DNA of 64,000 nucleotides from an uncultured Actinomycetes bacterium (GTDB lineage Bacteria; Actinomycetota; UBA4738; HRBIN12). Shown piece by piece: positions 63,937 to 64,000 of this stretch (its first letter is position 1; each line of letters starts with the position of its first letter). A model generated the notes under the pieces. It saw nothing but the letters and a program-made list of their open reading frames with translations, was not told the DNA's origin and ran no database searches. The stretch is taken from positions 576,001 through 640,000 of the forward strand of contig OY969934.1 of assembly GCA_963704725.1 (NCBI GenBank). The letters are read 5' to 3'. The translations under genes and the position numbers were made by a program.

Positions 63937-64000
63937 GCGCCGTCGCGGAGCCACCGGCGCCCCCGCCGTCGCCTCCTCGCCCCGATCGAACCGGGCGGCT
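63933..64000 (+). CDS. start of next gene (runs off window)
   Basis: ATGA overlap with pspC stop; MSAVAEPPAPPP. Confidence 0.5.
   Translation, partial: MSAVAEPPAPPPSPPRPDRTGR

Overview
High-GC actinobacterial chromosomal window, largely core genome. It carries rpsF-ssb-rpsR-rplI-dnaB, panB, trpD, dcd, an Nth-like glycosylase, a class A PBP with two GT-C glycosyltransferases nearby, a Tad/Flp pilus cluster, a dnaK-hsp20-grpE-dnaJ-hspR-GNAT-GNAT-clpB heat-shock operon, tRNA-Sec, tRNA-Gly(CCC) and three NarL-family two-component pairs. Best candidate new system (about 4.2-12.0 kb): a STAND-NTPase/TPR regulator with a C-terminal wHTH-BTAD module, surrounded by three promoters of identical architecture (11-bp-period CCTGCsCGAAG direct repeat, 9 nt, CANNNT -10). 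These promoters precede a secreted beta-propeller, a 62-aa unknown protein and a three-gene secreted-protein operon. Other notable signals: a compact Ms1-like RNA behind the HAD-IB gene; two ~160-nt structured repeats with compensatory changes bracketing two genes between rplI and dnaB; two apparent CTG start codons; and three apparent frameshifts, probably assembly indels. No integrase, transposase, RT or CRISPR array was recognised. All family calls come from motif recognition by eye; no searches were run.
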